Both the position numbers and the translations under genes were made by a program. A stretch of 64,000 bases of DNA from Vermamoeba vermiformis (taxonomy: Eukaryota). This document shows, piece by piece, positions 1-11,799 of the stretch. The notes below the pieces were generated by a model, which saw only the letters and a list, made by a program, of their open reading frames with translations, made no database searches and was not told the origin of the DNA. Numbering within the stretch: position 1 is the first letter of the stretch; every line of letters begins with the position of its first letter. The DNA lies in the NCBI GenBank assembly GCA_045837725.1, contig JBEWZL010000163.1:1-64000 (forward strand), given 5' to 3'.

Positions 1-11
1 TGATCATTCAC

Positions 12-887
12 ATGACCAGAGACAACTTCAAATTCAGCAAGAAGAAGAAATGCTACATCATTAGTCCAGACTTCAAGGAGAAGAAGCTCAGAAAGTTTGT
101 CAAGAAGATTCCTTTCCCTGCTGACTGTAATCCATTCTTCAAATTCTTTCTTGAGAAAGTTAGACCATTTTTGGTTCAAACTGACGAAGATCCTTTGGCT
201 CTTTGGCTTGGCTTTCAAAATGGCAACCCACAAGATCCTTCTGCTATGACTAGAGCTGTAGCCAAGTGCTGCGCAAAGATTATTCCTGGCACTCACATGA
301 CTTCTTTGCGTTGGAGACACTTGCTTGTCACTTTGGCCTACTTGGACGAATACATGGCTGGACTTGGCTCTCAGCAACAGTTTCTTCAAATGTTGGCCAA
401 TGTTCAAAACCACGATGTCGGCACTTTGATGCGCTACTACAATGATGCTGACGTCAATAACCAGGCAAACACTCTCATCAATCGCTTCAATGAAGATTAC
501 CTAGCCACTGAACAATCCAATGCTGCTGCTGCTCATGCAAGAAATGCCATTGGTTCCCATGATGATGGATCACAACTTGACTCTGCAGATGAAGTCCTTG
601 AAGACTTGCAGTCAATGTCTGAAGAAGAAGTCATCTACTCAGACAAGTACAGAGCCCAGTCTATTTCAGGCAAAATGTACAAAAACGGCCACCTCTACTA
701 TCAAGTGCAATGGGAAACTAGAGATCCAACTTGGGAGAGAATCACCAGCTTGAAGCAGTTCTTAGACTTGGTTGATCAGTATGAAGTCAAGATTTATACT
801 GAGCTTGAAGCTATTGTTCGAGCTAGTCCCAAGAAAAGAAAGAGATCTGGCAAGACCAAGGCCAACAAAAAGCCAAAAAAGCAGTAA
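12..887 (+). CDS. Tyrosine recombinase (Crypton/DIRS-like catalytic C-terminus) fused to a chromodomain and basic NLS; probably 5'-truncated by the window edge
   Basis: YR-like motifs LRWRHLLVT and LANVQNHDVGTLMRYY (R-H...H...Y); acidic linker; chromodomain-like YRAQSISGKMYKNGHLYYQVQWETRDPTWE...LVDQYE; PKKRKR NLS. Confidence 0.75.
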   Translation: MTRDNFKFSKKKKCYIISPDFKEKKLRKFVKKIPFPADCNPFFKFFLEKVRPFLVQTDEDPLALWLGFQNGNPQDPSAMTRAVAKCCAKIIPGTHMTSLRWRHLLVTLAYLDEYMAGLGSQQQFLQMLANVQNHDVGTLMRYYNDADVNNQANTLINRFNEDYLATEQSNAAAAHARNAIGSHDDGSQLDSADEVLEDLQSMSEEEVIYSDKYRAQSISGKMYKNGHLYYQVQWETRDPTWERITSLKQFLDLVDQYEVKIYTELEAIVRASPKKRKRSGKTKANKKPKKQ

Positions 888-998
888 TAACTAAATTTTC
901 CTGCTTTATTTTTCATCTTTTTACTATATACAGTCTTATACAGTCTTTATAGATAAATAAACTATCATTTTACTTATATTTGCTGGTTTTTTGACTGC

Positions 999-1094
999 AG
1001 GCAGGCCAAATTCTTGGCCCTGCCTGGAACTATTAAGCATGCTAATTTCTCCACTACTTTGAAACAAAGGCAGGCCAAATTCTTGGCCCTGCCT
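999..1094. repeat. Two copies of a 27-bp palindromic hairpin AGGCAGGCCAAATTCTTGGCCCTGCCT
   Basis: Identical copies at 999-1025 and 1068-1094, each nearly self-complementary. Confidence 0.85.
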
Positions 1095-1189
1095 TTTAAC
1101 TTTGTGGCTATCTATGCTAGTCTCATGTAGTATTTTACAGGCTTTGCCAGCGATGTTGCGTACAAGTTTTAGCCTGGAGTAGTATGTTT

Positions 1190-1475
1190 CTTATTAGGGG
1201 GGCAAGCCCCCCTAAACCCCCCATAATTAAAGGGGCCGCATTCGCGCCCCTAACGCCCCTTAAGATCATTTTGCACGCATTTTTGGCCATTTTCGGCAAT
1301 TTTACTGCTTTATTTCATATTAATATGCATGTACGTCCATATAATATGGTGATTCTTATTATTATTAGGGGGGCAAGCCCCCCTAAACCCCCCACTGGCT
1401 CACTTCGTTCGCCAGGGAATCTGCCCCTAACCCTCTTGCTTTTCTAGCCCTAACTTTACTCTTAGCCCTAACTCA
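1190..1475. repeat. Duplicated GC hairpin TATTAGGGGGGCAAGCCCCCCTAAACCCCCC followed by degenerate CCCTAA repeats
   Basis: Copies at ~1192-1222 and ~1363-1392; further hairpins GGGGCCGCATTCGCGCCCC and CTGGCTCACTTCGTTCGCCAG; CCCTAAC three times at 1426-1472. Confidence 0.75.
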
Positions 1476-3949
1476 ATTTACTCCCTTACTAGGATAGCCA
1501 CTGAAGTAAGACTGGTGCCGTTTTGAAGGCCTTTTGAAGTTCTATCCAACCATGCATCTAACTCTGGGATTGCTGCTACAAACCATATTTTCAACTTTAC
1601 CAAGGCACAGACCTTGGTGCAGACTCAGATCCAGGGATCAAATTGAGCTAACTTCAACACAGATCTGTTATACTACTTATATTAGCCATTACTCATTGCT
1701 TAAACACTTATTCCGAAGTCAAATACCAACTTCGGCACTTAATGTTTGGCACTGACTCTTACCAAGGGATTGGATCAAGCTGACTTCAACTCAAATCTGT
1801 TTTATTCTTCATATTCACTATGATTCCTTGGGTGAACATTGATTCTGAGGTCAAATCATAACTTGGGTACATGATTTTGAATCCTGGGTTAGGGTTGCCT
1901 CCTTTTGCCTATTATCAACTTGACATTTCAGCTTGAATCTATCAGATACACTGTTTATATCATGTTTTAATATGTTTCTGATTGATTTGACATAGATTTG
2001 AATCCAATCTCAAAGTTACAGTATGGCTGATCAGGGACTCAAATTCTTGAAGTGTAGGTCAACAATCGGAACAAGACAATACTATTATGATAAATATACA
2101 TAATTATAGTAACATAAGAATATGAAAGAGATTCATCAATCCAATATCACAGCTCTGAGATCCAGAGGCTAGCAGGATGCGTCAAAGGCTGCAACCATGC
2201 GATCTTTGTAGATATGGCATGGATCAATGACAATTCATATGAATATACTATTGTCCAATTATAAGCTGATTCTGAAATAAAAAAGCTGATGTCCAGATCT
2301 GGTGAGAAGGTAAACAAATTCTGGCTCTGTATTTTGGCTGTCAGAGACATGAGCAGATCAAGGGGTCCTATTGATATGGCATATATAACTAATAGTAAGG
2401 ACATCATGTACCAAATATGAATGGATTCTGTTGCCATGATGCGTAGACCAAATGCTAGCCCTAAGCAGTGAATGCTTCACTGCCACAAGCTTTTGCAGGC
2501 CTTCATGTGACACATCACAGACAGATCTTGATCACCAGTTTGGTATGCAAGGAGTCCTATGACTGAACTGTATATCAAAAGGAGTTCTGGATCTGCAAAG
2601 GACTTGGCGCAGGAGAGGCTGCAAATCTTTCACAAATACCTTAGCTCCAATACACAGATCCTTCTCTGTAACAGGAGTTTTTGCCATTTCCTGAGTGGTT
2701 GTATGAACTTCCACCACCTCCTGTAATCACCCCTGAAGGAACACCACCAACTCTGGATGAATCAGCCTGGCCAAAGTGTGTGAACCTAATCTGGATTATC
2801 AAGTTTTGGATGGAAGTGCAGCGGTGAGTGGTGCTGAAGAGTGGCTTGTGCCACATGAGCAGCTGTTGAATGATTGGCCAGGAAATTAACCGCTCGGAGG
2901 TGAGGGGCAGACCAAATATTTCTGTCATCCCAGAATGCATTCTTGCGTTGGATCAATGACACATGTAAATTACTCAATGAAATTTTATCAACTTTATACA
3001 GTTATCCACAAATAAGGCGCATGCAGCACTGCTGATTGACCACCGCAAATGGACAGCAATCACTTCTTCAGGGGCCATCAAATCGTCGTCGTTCAGTCTT
3101 GACATGTGGCAGCTTGGCCTCGAGATCGTGCTCATCCTCATCGACCATATGCGTGTTGTTCGTAGTGTTCGTGCCACTCACTGAGCGCACACCAGGGCTG
3201 CTTGGTCGACGGAATTTGTGGGAAATTTGATGAACAGATCAATATCTTCTTCGGTACTCGGTTTGACTCGTGTCACTGCGGTGTTTGCAATTGTGTGCGT
3301 GGATTGCCATGAACTGGCGCTGCTGGGACCATTGGTAGGTGGGTTGACCTGTTTCTTGTTGACAGGCACGTGCTTGGGCTCGTCAAAGTCAGGCTCAGGC
3401 GTGTCAGGCAAGTCACTCGTGTTGACCGCACTTTGACACGTGTCACTGCACGTGCTCTGATAGGCGTTTAACTCTGCTATCAACGCATCCTCGTCCGCAC
3501 AGTGCTCGTCCTCTTGATCACTGGTGGTGCACTCTGAGCACGTGCCTGCTTGCCCTCTCTCGACCAGGGCACTGGGTCCCTCAACTTGCGCGATGAGCTC
3601 GTGAAGTGCTGGTCATTCCACTTGATCTGATACATCTCGCATGCTGCACGCATCACCTGTGGCTGGTCAGTGCCACTCACACGCACATATCAGCACGCAC
3701 CTTGTTGCTAGAGCTTGGGTCGATCAGTGCCAGGTGCCGCACTTAGCTGCGCATTTAATTGCTGCTCTTGATTGCTTGCGGCACTTTAAAAATAACGGAG
3801 AGATCTCTTTATGGGAGCACTTTTACTATGTACAAGTCGCTATTATTGCTTGAACCATTACATTTGAAAATTGCTCGCGTGAGGTCTAGCGTTCTAAAAT
3901 AGCTAATCTCGATCCGCGAGGATTCAGTAAGTAAATTGAATGGAACTCT

Positions 3950-6900
3950 AGTTATATAAGCATATGTTAATAAATACATCATCATTATGAGCCAATAAAT
4001 TAACTTACATAATCTCTGCTAGCATATGTTCTCGAATCAATCCGCTCAAGTTGCGTCGTTTTTCATCGCACTGTCAACTGATTGAGCCGCTATATAAAAA
4101 AACGCGTTAGTACGTATGTAATATGATCTATTTTCAATACCTACCAGCCTTTTCTTTGTACCAATAAAATATTGAGCGCGATCAGATCACGCGTGCCTCG
4201 TGTCCATTCTTTCGCTTCCACCATAATGTATTGACAACGATTTTAATACATTCTAAATATTCTATAATGCACTATATATACTCACATTTCGTATTTCGCA
4301 GCCGTACTTTTGTCGGGGTTGATCCAAGATATAAGGCACCAAGCCACGTCACGTAAACAGGCCATCTAAACAAAAAGAATATTAAAATAAGTAATAAGTG
4401 CGTTATTGAATGTATTTTACTTACTTTGAAAGCCATCAGCAGCGAAATTTTAACATCGGATCGATCCGAATTGTTGCACTCAAAGGTCACACTGACCTTT
4501 ATCGGGCTATAACAACGTTATTACGTGATAGGTTAAACGATTTTACCTTACCTCGATCCATCAGTTCGCACATTTAAAATTTCAACGCGCTAGATCTCGT
4601 CACCGAATCCATCTACAAATTTATCCAAGACGGTTCTAATAATAATAAATGATGTTAGTACCTTATAATAATTTAAAACACTGTTTGACTTACTTTAAGC
4701 GCGAGTGATGCGCGCAATTATAATTTAAAAGTTTGATCCTGTGTACGACGCGAGGCCCACTGCAACCTATTTTTCAATGTTAATATTAATATCAGTTCAG
4801 CAAACTGTAATAACGATACAAAACGGGGAATACTTACTGTTAGAGCGTTCTATGCGCTACATCAAAACTTCTAAGATCTCGTACCTTCCGCGAATCCGTT
4901 CAAGTTGCGGATCGTACTTTTCAACTATAAGGATTATTTCATGCAATCTATTAGTAAATCATATTAGTAATTGTATTGTTTAATCGATTTGTGCTACTTA
5001 CGTCATTCCAACCTTCGCATTATGTGAGAATTGAGCGTCAGATAGCGCGTGCAACAGATCCGTGAAAACACTATAACGCGCTTAAACTATAAAAGAAACG
5101 ATATTAATGCGTTCCGGCTGATGCAAATAATTTCTACTTACTTTTAGCGCGATCGATGATGCGCGCAATAATTGCCGAAATTGGGGATCAACGAGGGGCC
5201 CCTCGTGGATCAGAGTAAAAGCATATTGAATCAACGCATTGCTCTGTAAAATACTCTATATTAGTACCTTAAAATAATAAATTATAACTATTTAACTTAC
5301 TCTTATGCTCTTAATGGCCCGCCAAGAAAATTTAGCGGATCAAGCCCGTACTTCTCAATCAGCTCCATCGGGCTCGATCGTTCGTGTGAGCATTCCTATT
5401 AATATAACGCGTTAGTACTTGGCTTGTTAATCGTAAATATTTACTTACCTTCAATATCTTTGTCTTCAACGGGAATTATCAACGCGCAAAGTAGACGATC
5501 TAGATCCGTGTTGAGTAACTTGTACCGCCTAAATAAAACGCATTAGATTATTAAATAACAATAGAATAAATGATTTAAACTACTTACGGTTGATTAATTA
5601 CCGGGAATCGAGAGATGGGTTTCGCGCTCGATCTAAAACTCGCACCAAAGTTCTGACTTTTAAATTGCCTATTAAATAACGATTAATATATTATGTTAAT
5701 TATAAAATAAACAACAATTTAAATTTTACACGAGCCCGAAGCTCGATCCGTATCTCGTAATTATTTAAATTACAAGAGTAATTTTAAATTTGAAAATGAC
5801 GCGTTCCTTGCGTCTAATTGAATGTTGTTATTATTGAAAAGTAACTTACGGAATATTTCGATGCGTCCAACGCATCCGATCTCGCCAACGTTACCGAACC
5901 CGTCGACGAGCAGTGGTGACCGTCCCTACAGAGTGATACGAACGAAAAGCACTACCATACGATATTACGACCATTGGTGGTCGAGATCTCGCGATCTGAA
6001 AGTGAGTAGAACTTTCGATCGCGCTAAAATTTCCTACGTAGAGTCTATATTAAAAAATAAACGTTAACATTAAGTAATTAGCGCCTTTGAACGCTATTTT
6101 ACTTGAGATTCGGATAAAACACGAGCACTAAGCTCGATCCGAATCTCGCAAGATTTTATTCAAAAAAATAAAAATCAAATTAAGAGTTGAATTATTTTAC
6201 AAATGGTGGAAGGGTATTTTTAAAAATATTACCTTGATTAAACTCGGTCACTGACCCGAGATTCGCACGACTTTAGATCCCGCTTTGAGTATCGCGCTGG
6301 AACGACGCTGATTGTCGTTTGGCGCGCGTGCATTGATAACAAACAACATATATAAATAACCAAATCGACCCTTGTGGTCGATCCGTCTAAGGTTTTAAAA
6401 ATACGTTCAAAATTGACGCGTGCGAATTTGACTTATCCGAAATGCCTCGCGCTGAAACGACATTGAAGTCGTGGCGCGTCACTAACAGGTGCTGATAATC
6501 AATACTGTCATTTGAAATAGCATCTACCTAATAATAGCAAATAAGTTCAATGTTTAATTCGACCCTTGCGGTCGATCTGTCGCAGACTTTAAGAAAAATT
6601 GACACGTGAGATCGGAGCTAAGTTCGAAATATTTATTAGTGCTAATAAAATATTAAGCGATCTGAGATCGCGTGTCTCGCATTCATTCCTTCACTCTTAT
6701 CTTAATGTTCTGTATTAAAAACGACGTTAGTACGTTCTAAAGGGGTTAATTATATATAATTAAACATACTTGCATTATTTTGAGGCAGCCGTACTTTTGC
6801 TGGCGATCCAAGTTGCGTCAAGGCAAGATCAACGTGTAATCAGGCCAGCTAAACAATAAATCGATTTTAGAATAATTAGTAAAAGCATTATTGAATATAA

Positions 6901-7520
6901 TTTACATACTTTAAGCCGTCAGAGCTCTTCACTAAAAAGTTCACGGACAGTCGACTTCGTGATCTAGAACGTCACGTCTGCGAATTTGCTTAAATAACCT
7001 ATGAAACAACGATTAATATATTGTATATTGTATTAATAATGTAATGAACAACAATTTGAATTTTACACGAGCACGAAGCTCGATCCGTATCTCGTAATTA
7101 AAATAACGAAATTATACAATATTTATATAAGAGGTGAGTGTATAAATATTACCTCGATTTGTCTTGGTCTATGCACAGAGATTCATGCATCAAGTCTTGA
7201 TCTCGCATTTTATCGCGCTGAAAGATATTTGGCGTTGATCCAAACCTCCAAATTAACTCGCGCTGAACGGCCATTCCGACCGTGGCGGCTACTGTCCGCT
7301 GTTAATAATCAAATAATAATAATATTACGACCCTTGTGGTCGATCTGTTGAGTTGCTAAGGGAAATGACGTGCGGAACTTCAGCATCGGCTCTAATCCGC
7401 CTTTACTAACTCGCTGGAACGGCTTTTGATGCCGAAGCGCGTACTATCAGGTGTAAATTAATATATAATAAATCAACCCGGCCTTGTGGTTGATCTGTTG
7501 TCTTGTGGTGCAGGATTAAC
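3950..7520 (-). other. Intron-dense, ORF-less, CpG/GATC-rich tract (spliced non-coding locus or decayed gene) with internal duplications
   Basis: Minus-strand GT...TACTAAY...AG introns, e.g. 4090-4140, 4636-4693, 5244-5300, 5396-5448; the exon checked (~4009-4089) has stops in all frames; 4165-4500 resembles 6644-7000. Confidence 0.55.
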
Positions 7521-8817
7521 GGTCACTTCCTTATTTAGTCACCACGTGGCCAAGACCGTCGTGTGTCGACGGTGAAAACCGACGTGTGTCGAGCGGCACG
7601 TGCTGCCAAAAATTGTGCTGGGATAAATCCTGGCACGATATTTCACACACGGTGACCGTTTTCATTAATTCGCAAGAACGCCAAGACCACCACAACCACA
7701 GTGGCCATGTAATTAATTTTCTTGTTATTTATTTTCTTGTTGTGACAACAACGCACCAGCAACAGCCAGGCCAAGTTTACCGTTGTGCACGATCGGCTGT
7801 CTGTTGCTCGTAACTTGTACTTGTACGTGCGTAGTGCACTGAGGTGAGTTTTCCTTCATTAATAACTTGGGGCAGAATTGATAATGGATTAGTTCTTATT
7901 TTTTAGATTTTTCAGCAGATGCGATCGGTTACAGGCCACGCGTTCTTCGAGCTCACTGCTGGGTCGGCACTTACGTGTTTCTGCGACTTAATTCAAAGAC
8001 GCACCCTTTTCGGGTGCCAGCCAACAAGTACGCTGCGTTTGGTAAGTACGAGAATTTTAAATCTGTAATTTTTAGATGCGCGGCATCTAATTTTTATTTG
8101 TTTATGTAGTGCTACTGGCCGCCTTGTTAGCGCCACGCGTTCCGAGAGCTTCAGTAGGACTGCTGGCTATCAAGCAACCTGTGTGAGGTAAGTCAGGTTG
8201 TTCTTAACTTCGATCCAACGAATCTGACCAGTCACAGGCAGTGTTTCCAACGCATAAACGGCAGAGGTACCAGCGCTAACCTTGCACCAGTCAGCATTGC
8301 CCAGCGCACCCATCAACCAAGCAGTGCCGTGCACGGCAACGCACTGACACCACATGGCACTCATGACAGGCCACTGCACGCTGCAACAAGCTTCTCATCA
8401 AACCCACGTCAGGTGCGTCGAATGATGTGTACGCATACTAGTATCAGCACTAACCTCACACCAGTAGCTTTGCCCAGCGCACCCATCAGCCGAGCAGTGC
8501 AAGTTCATTGAGCTGTTTGAGCACGCTGTTCACATTCACTGCCACACTGCGCATCACGCGTGACAGTTTAGCAGTGACAGCGCACTGCATGCTGATGACA
8601 CCGCACGCACCACTGTGCGCACTGCAGCAAGCTGCTCATCAAGCCTGATCACACACCATGTCATGAGCCCTCACCACACATCATGCTGTTCCGTGCTGGC
8701 ACTCACGCTCTCTGCCTCTGTGACTGGCTTGGGCACTCTCTCATCGCACTCTGTGCCCTGTCACTTCCTTGCCTGTGTCCAGCTAAATAAATAAGACGCA
8801 GATAGTTATGTCCCTGA

Positions 8818-9227
8818 GTTTGAAGGCTACACCCTTGTTCTAGCTTGTAAGGGTGTAGTTTCAAGGACTACGCCCCTGTTCTGGCTTGTGAGGGCGTAGT
8901 TTCGAGGACTACACCCCATTCAAGGTCACAAGGGCGTAGTTTTGAGGACTACGCCCCCGTTCTGGTTCGCAAGGGCGTAGTTTCAAGGACTACACCCCCG
9001 TTCTGGTTTGCAAGGGTGTAGTTTCGAGGACTACGCCCCCGTTCTGGTTCGCAAGGGCGTAGTTTTGAGGACTACGCCCCCTTTCTGGTTTGCAAGGGCG
9101 TAGTTTCGAGGACTACGCCCCCGTTCTGGTTCGCAAGGGCATAATTTCAAGGACTACGCCCCTGTTTGAAACTTCAGCCTCGTTCTAGTTCGCAAGGGCG
9201 TAGTTTCAAGGACTACGCCCCTGTTCT
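8818..9227. repeat. Tandem array of ~10 copies of a ~41-bp palindromic unit GTTTCGAGGACTACGCCCCCGTTCTGGTTCGCAAGGGCGTA
   Basis: Read directly; TACGCCC/GGGCGTA stem in each unit. Confidence 0.95.
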
Positions 9228-9310
9228 GCGGTGTTAGGGTGTTATTTGCCCTTCAGAACGCGAAACCCTAAACTGTAGTAACCTAATAAATACTATAAAC
9301 ACCCTTTAAT

Positions 9311-9655
9311 GCCTTTGCACCTGAGGCCGTCAGACCGTCTGACGCACCCCCCCTTGCCTGAGGCCATCAGACCGTCTGACGCACCCCCCCTTGCCTGAGG
9401 CCGTCAGACTGTCTGACGCACCCCCATCCCAAGGCCGTCAGACCGTCTGACGCCCTTTGCTGTTGCAGTGCATGACTGAGGGTGCAGGTGCAGGTGCATG
9501 TGCAATGCCTTTGCACCTGAGGCCGTCAGACCGTCTGACGCACCCCCCTTGCCAGAGGCCGTCAGACGGTCTGACGCCCTCCCCCTGTCCCAAGGCCGTC
9601 AGACTGTCTGACGCACCTCCCATCCCTAGGCCGTTAGACCGTCTGACGCCCTCCT
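9311..9655. repeat. Array of ~8 palindromic units GAGGCCGTCAGACCGTCTGACGCACCCCC
   Basis: CGTCAGAC/GTCTGACG inverted repeat in each unit; block itself partly duplicated (9311-9460 vs 9507-9655). Confidence 0.9.
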
Positions 9656-9747
9656 GCTGCACCAAGCACAAGGTTACCCATGTTTGAAGTACAATTTTAT
9701 TTTAAAAACTGGCCAGCCCTGGCCCTAAACACCCTTTAATCACACAG

Positions 9748-9866
9748 AAGACCAAGTGCTTGTTCAATGGTATGGCTGGCCTAAGAGGCAGGATTGGACA
9801 TGGGAATCAAAAGAACTAGTACAAAATCACAATGGAGAGCTGTATAATCAATATTTTTTATTGTAA
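9748..9866 (+). CDS. Chromodomain-encoding terminal exon (gene or remnant)
   Basis: After a CAG acceptor: DQVLVQWYGWPKRQDWTWESKELVQNHNGELYNQYFLL*. Confidence 0.6.
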
Positions 9867-10366
9867 TTGTGTAACTCTATAAAATTGCACCATAAACTCC
9901 CTCCGCTGACATTGTTGCATAACTGCTCTTATTTGTCTACGCAAGATACGCTTGCTCACTGATAGCTTTTACGTCATTGTCTGAAGGCTTGGACTGGTGC
10001 ATATGGTGTTCTTAATTATGCTCCTGATGGGAGAGTGGTCATAACGAGGCAAGGAGCATTTGGTAAGTTCGTTAAATTTTAAAATAATTTTCGAGAGCGC
10101 GGCATCTAACGTTCACCGTTTGTGTAGGGCAGCTGACCCGAACTACATAGTGCATATTACAAAGAGACTTTGGAGTATGTTTACTACAACTGAGCAGCAC
10201 TAGGTAAGTCAGTTTGAATTAGTTTTTTCGCATCTTTTAACGAATCTCCTGCGCATTCAATCAGAAGTTCTCCCAGCTTTACAACGAGCTCTCACGTGGA
10301 TACGAACATGGTCATTACAACCTGCCGTTGGCACATTACAACCCGTGGTAAGTTAGTGATCAGTCA

Positions 10367-10685
10367 CGACATCGTCTCCCGCTGGAGACGACCTCTGTCG
10401 GACTTAGTTTTTTTAGACATCGTCTCCCGCTGGAGACAACCTCAAAAGACTTTAATTTATTTTTGTTCGTGACCAGCGCGGTCACGAAGTTTTTGACTTA
10501 GTTTTTTTTAACATCGTCTCCCGCTGGAGACGACCTCGCAGGACTTAGTTTTTTCAGATGTCGTTTCCCCATGGAGATGACCTCCTGGACTTTAATTTTT
10601 TAGTTCGTGACCAGTGTCATGAAGTTTTGGACTTTATTTTTCTTAGTTCATGACCAGCATGGGCATGCAGTTTTTGACTTAGATT
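10367..10685. repeat. Interleaved hairpin repeats followed by T-tracts: CATCGTCTCCCGCTGGAGACGACCTC (x4) and GTTCGTGACCAGCGCGGTCACGAAG (x3)
   Basis: Read directly; lies between a GTAAGT donor (~10348) and a CTAAC...TTTAG acceptor (~10741). Confidence 0.85.
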
Positions 10686-10741
10686 TTTGTTACAACCTAT
10701 TGGACTTTAATTTTTAACTGTAGCTAACCCTTTATTTTTAG

Positions 10742-10838
10742 GTTTTTAGTTAAATGGGCTGGTTGGACAAATGATTACAACAAATGGTTACCAGAAGATG
10801 CTTTAGAATGTCCTGACTTGCTACAAAAATTCATGTAA
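10742..10838 (+). CDS. Chromodomain-encoding terminal exon
   Basis: FLVKWAGWTNDYNKWLPEDALECPDLLQKFM* after branch point and AG acceptor. Confidence 0.7.
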
Positions 10839-11799
10839 ATTAATCACTCCCTGATTTTATAAATAGAGAGTACAATTTATAAGTAAAATCAAAGTAAAAC
10901 TGCTGGTGAATGTATGCAGTCAAAAATCACTGTATTATTCATGCTGCCATTGAGTATGCATAAAATAGTGGCAGTAAGCCACATACCATAATTTCTGAGC
11001 TTATTCAGATGCAGCAAATTTAGTTTGAAGACAGATTCACCCGCCTTCAAATTAATTAGCAAAGAGTGAGCCTTTAAGATTATGGAGCAAACATACTCCA
11101 AGATAGAGAAGCGATTTGAATAAACGCACTCAAATCTGCTTCAGATGTGCAACCGAAGGTAGTTGCAGTGTTGGACCTTTGCAGTCCAAATAACTTACTG
11201 TCTTTGGCAGTAATTTTAAAAATAAATAAATGAGTAGTAGTGTTGCGTAATTGCGTCGTGAAAATTAAATTATTCGATCAGAACAAAAGTAATTCGTGAT
11301 GCGTAACACAACACCAACTCTTGGAGGGTTAATATATATATAAGCAATTACATATATGTTATTTTAATGGACGTATAGTCCACCGTAAGTCAAGCATTTA
11401 TGTCAATTGCGGGTGAGCAAATCTGGCAACAGGATCCACGGAAGATATATCAAAATTTGGTGCGTATATGTTAATAACTTGCTCGTTCATAACACAATTC
11501 AAAATTGGTAAACATTCCGATCAATTTGGACTGTGCTACAGAACAGCGAGGTAGAAAATTGAAATCTCTGTACTTTGTCCTGAAGCAAAGCTACTCGTGA
11601 GCATTGGGACTTCACGACCAATTAAAGTGTAATAAAAAAATTTTAGGGTTAGTTGTTCGTAATTTAGTATGTTGTTTCAATCGTTAAGAACTCCGTGTTC
11701 TCAACGAGCAATGTTTCATACGGAAATTTTTGGACACATCTCCTATTGATTTTACTAGGATTTATCCCTCAATGGTTTTTTCGTGTATTTTTTTGGATT

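Noticed and set aside
1500-3750. Short ORFs on both strands
   Set aside because: Probably a decayed minus-strand gene, but no motif recognised and no coherent splice model
6292-6480. Hammerhead ribozyme (GAAAC...GUC)
   Set aside because: No CUGANGA core, and the would-be cleavage position is G
8818-9227. CRISPR array
   Set aside because: No unique spacers, units are contiguous tandem copies, eukaryotic context and no cas genes
9438-9687. ORFs on both strands
   Set aside because: Artefacts of the GC-rich palindromic repeat
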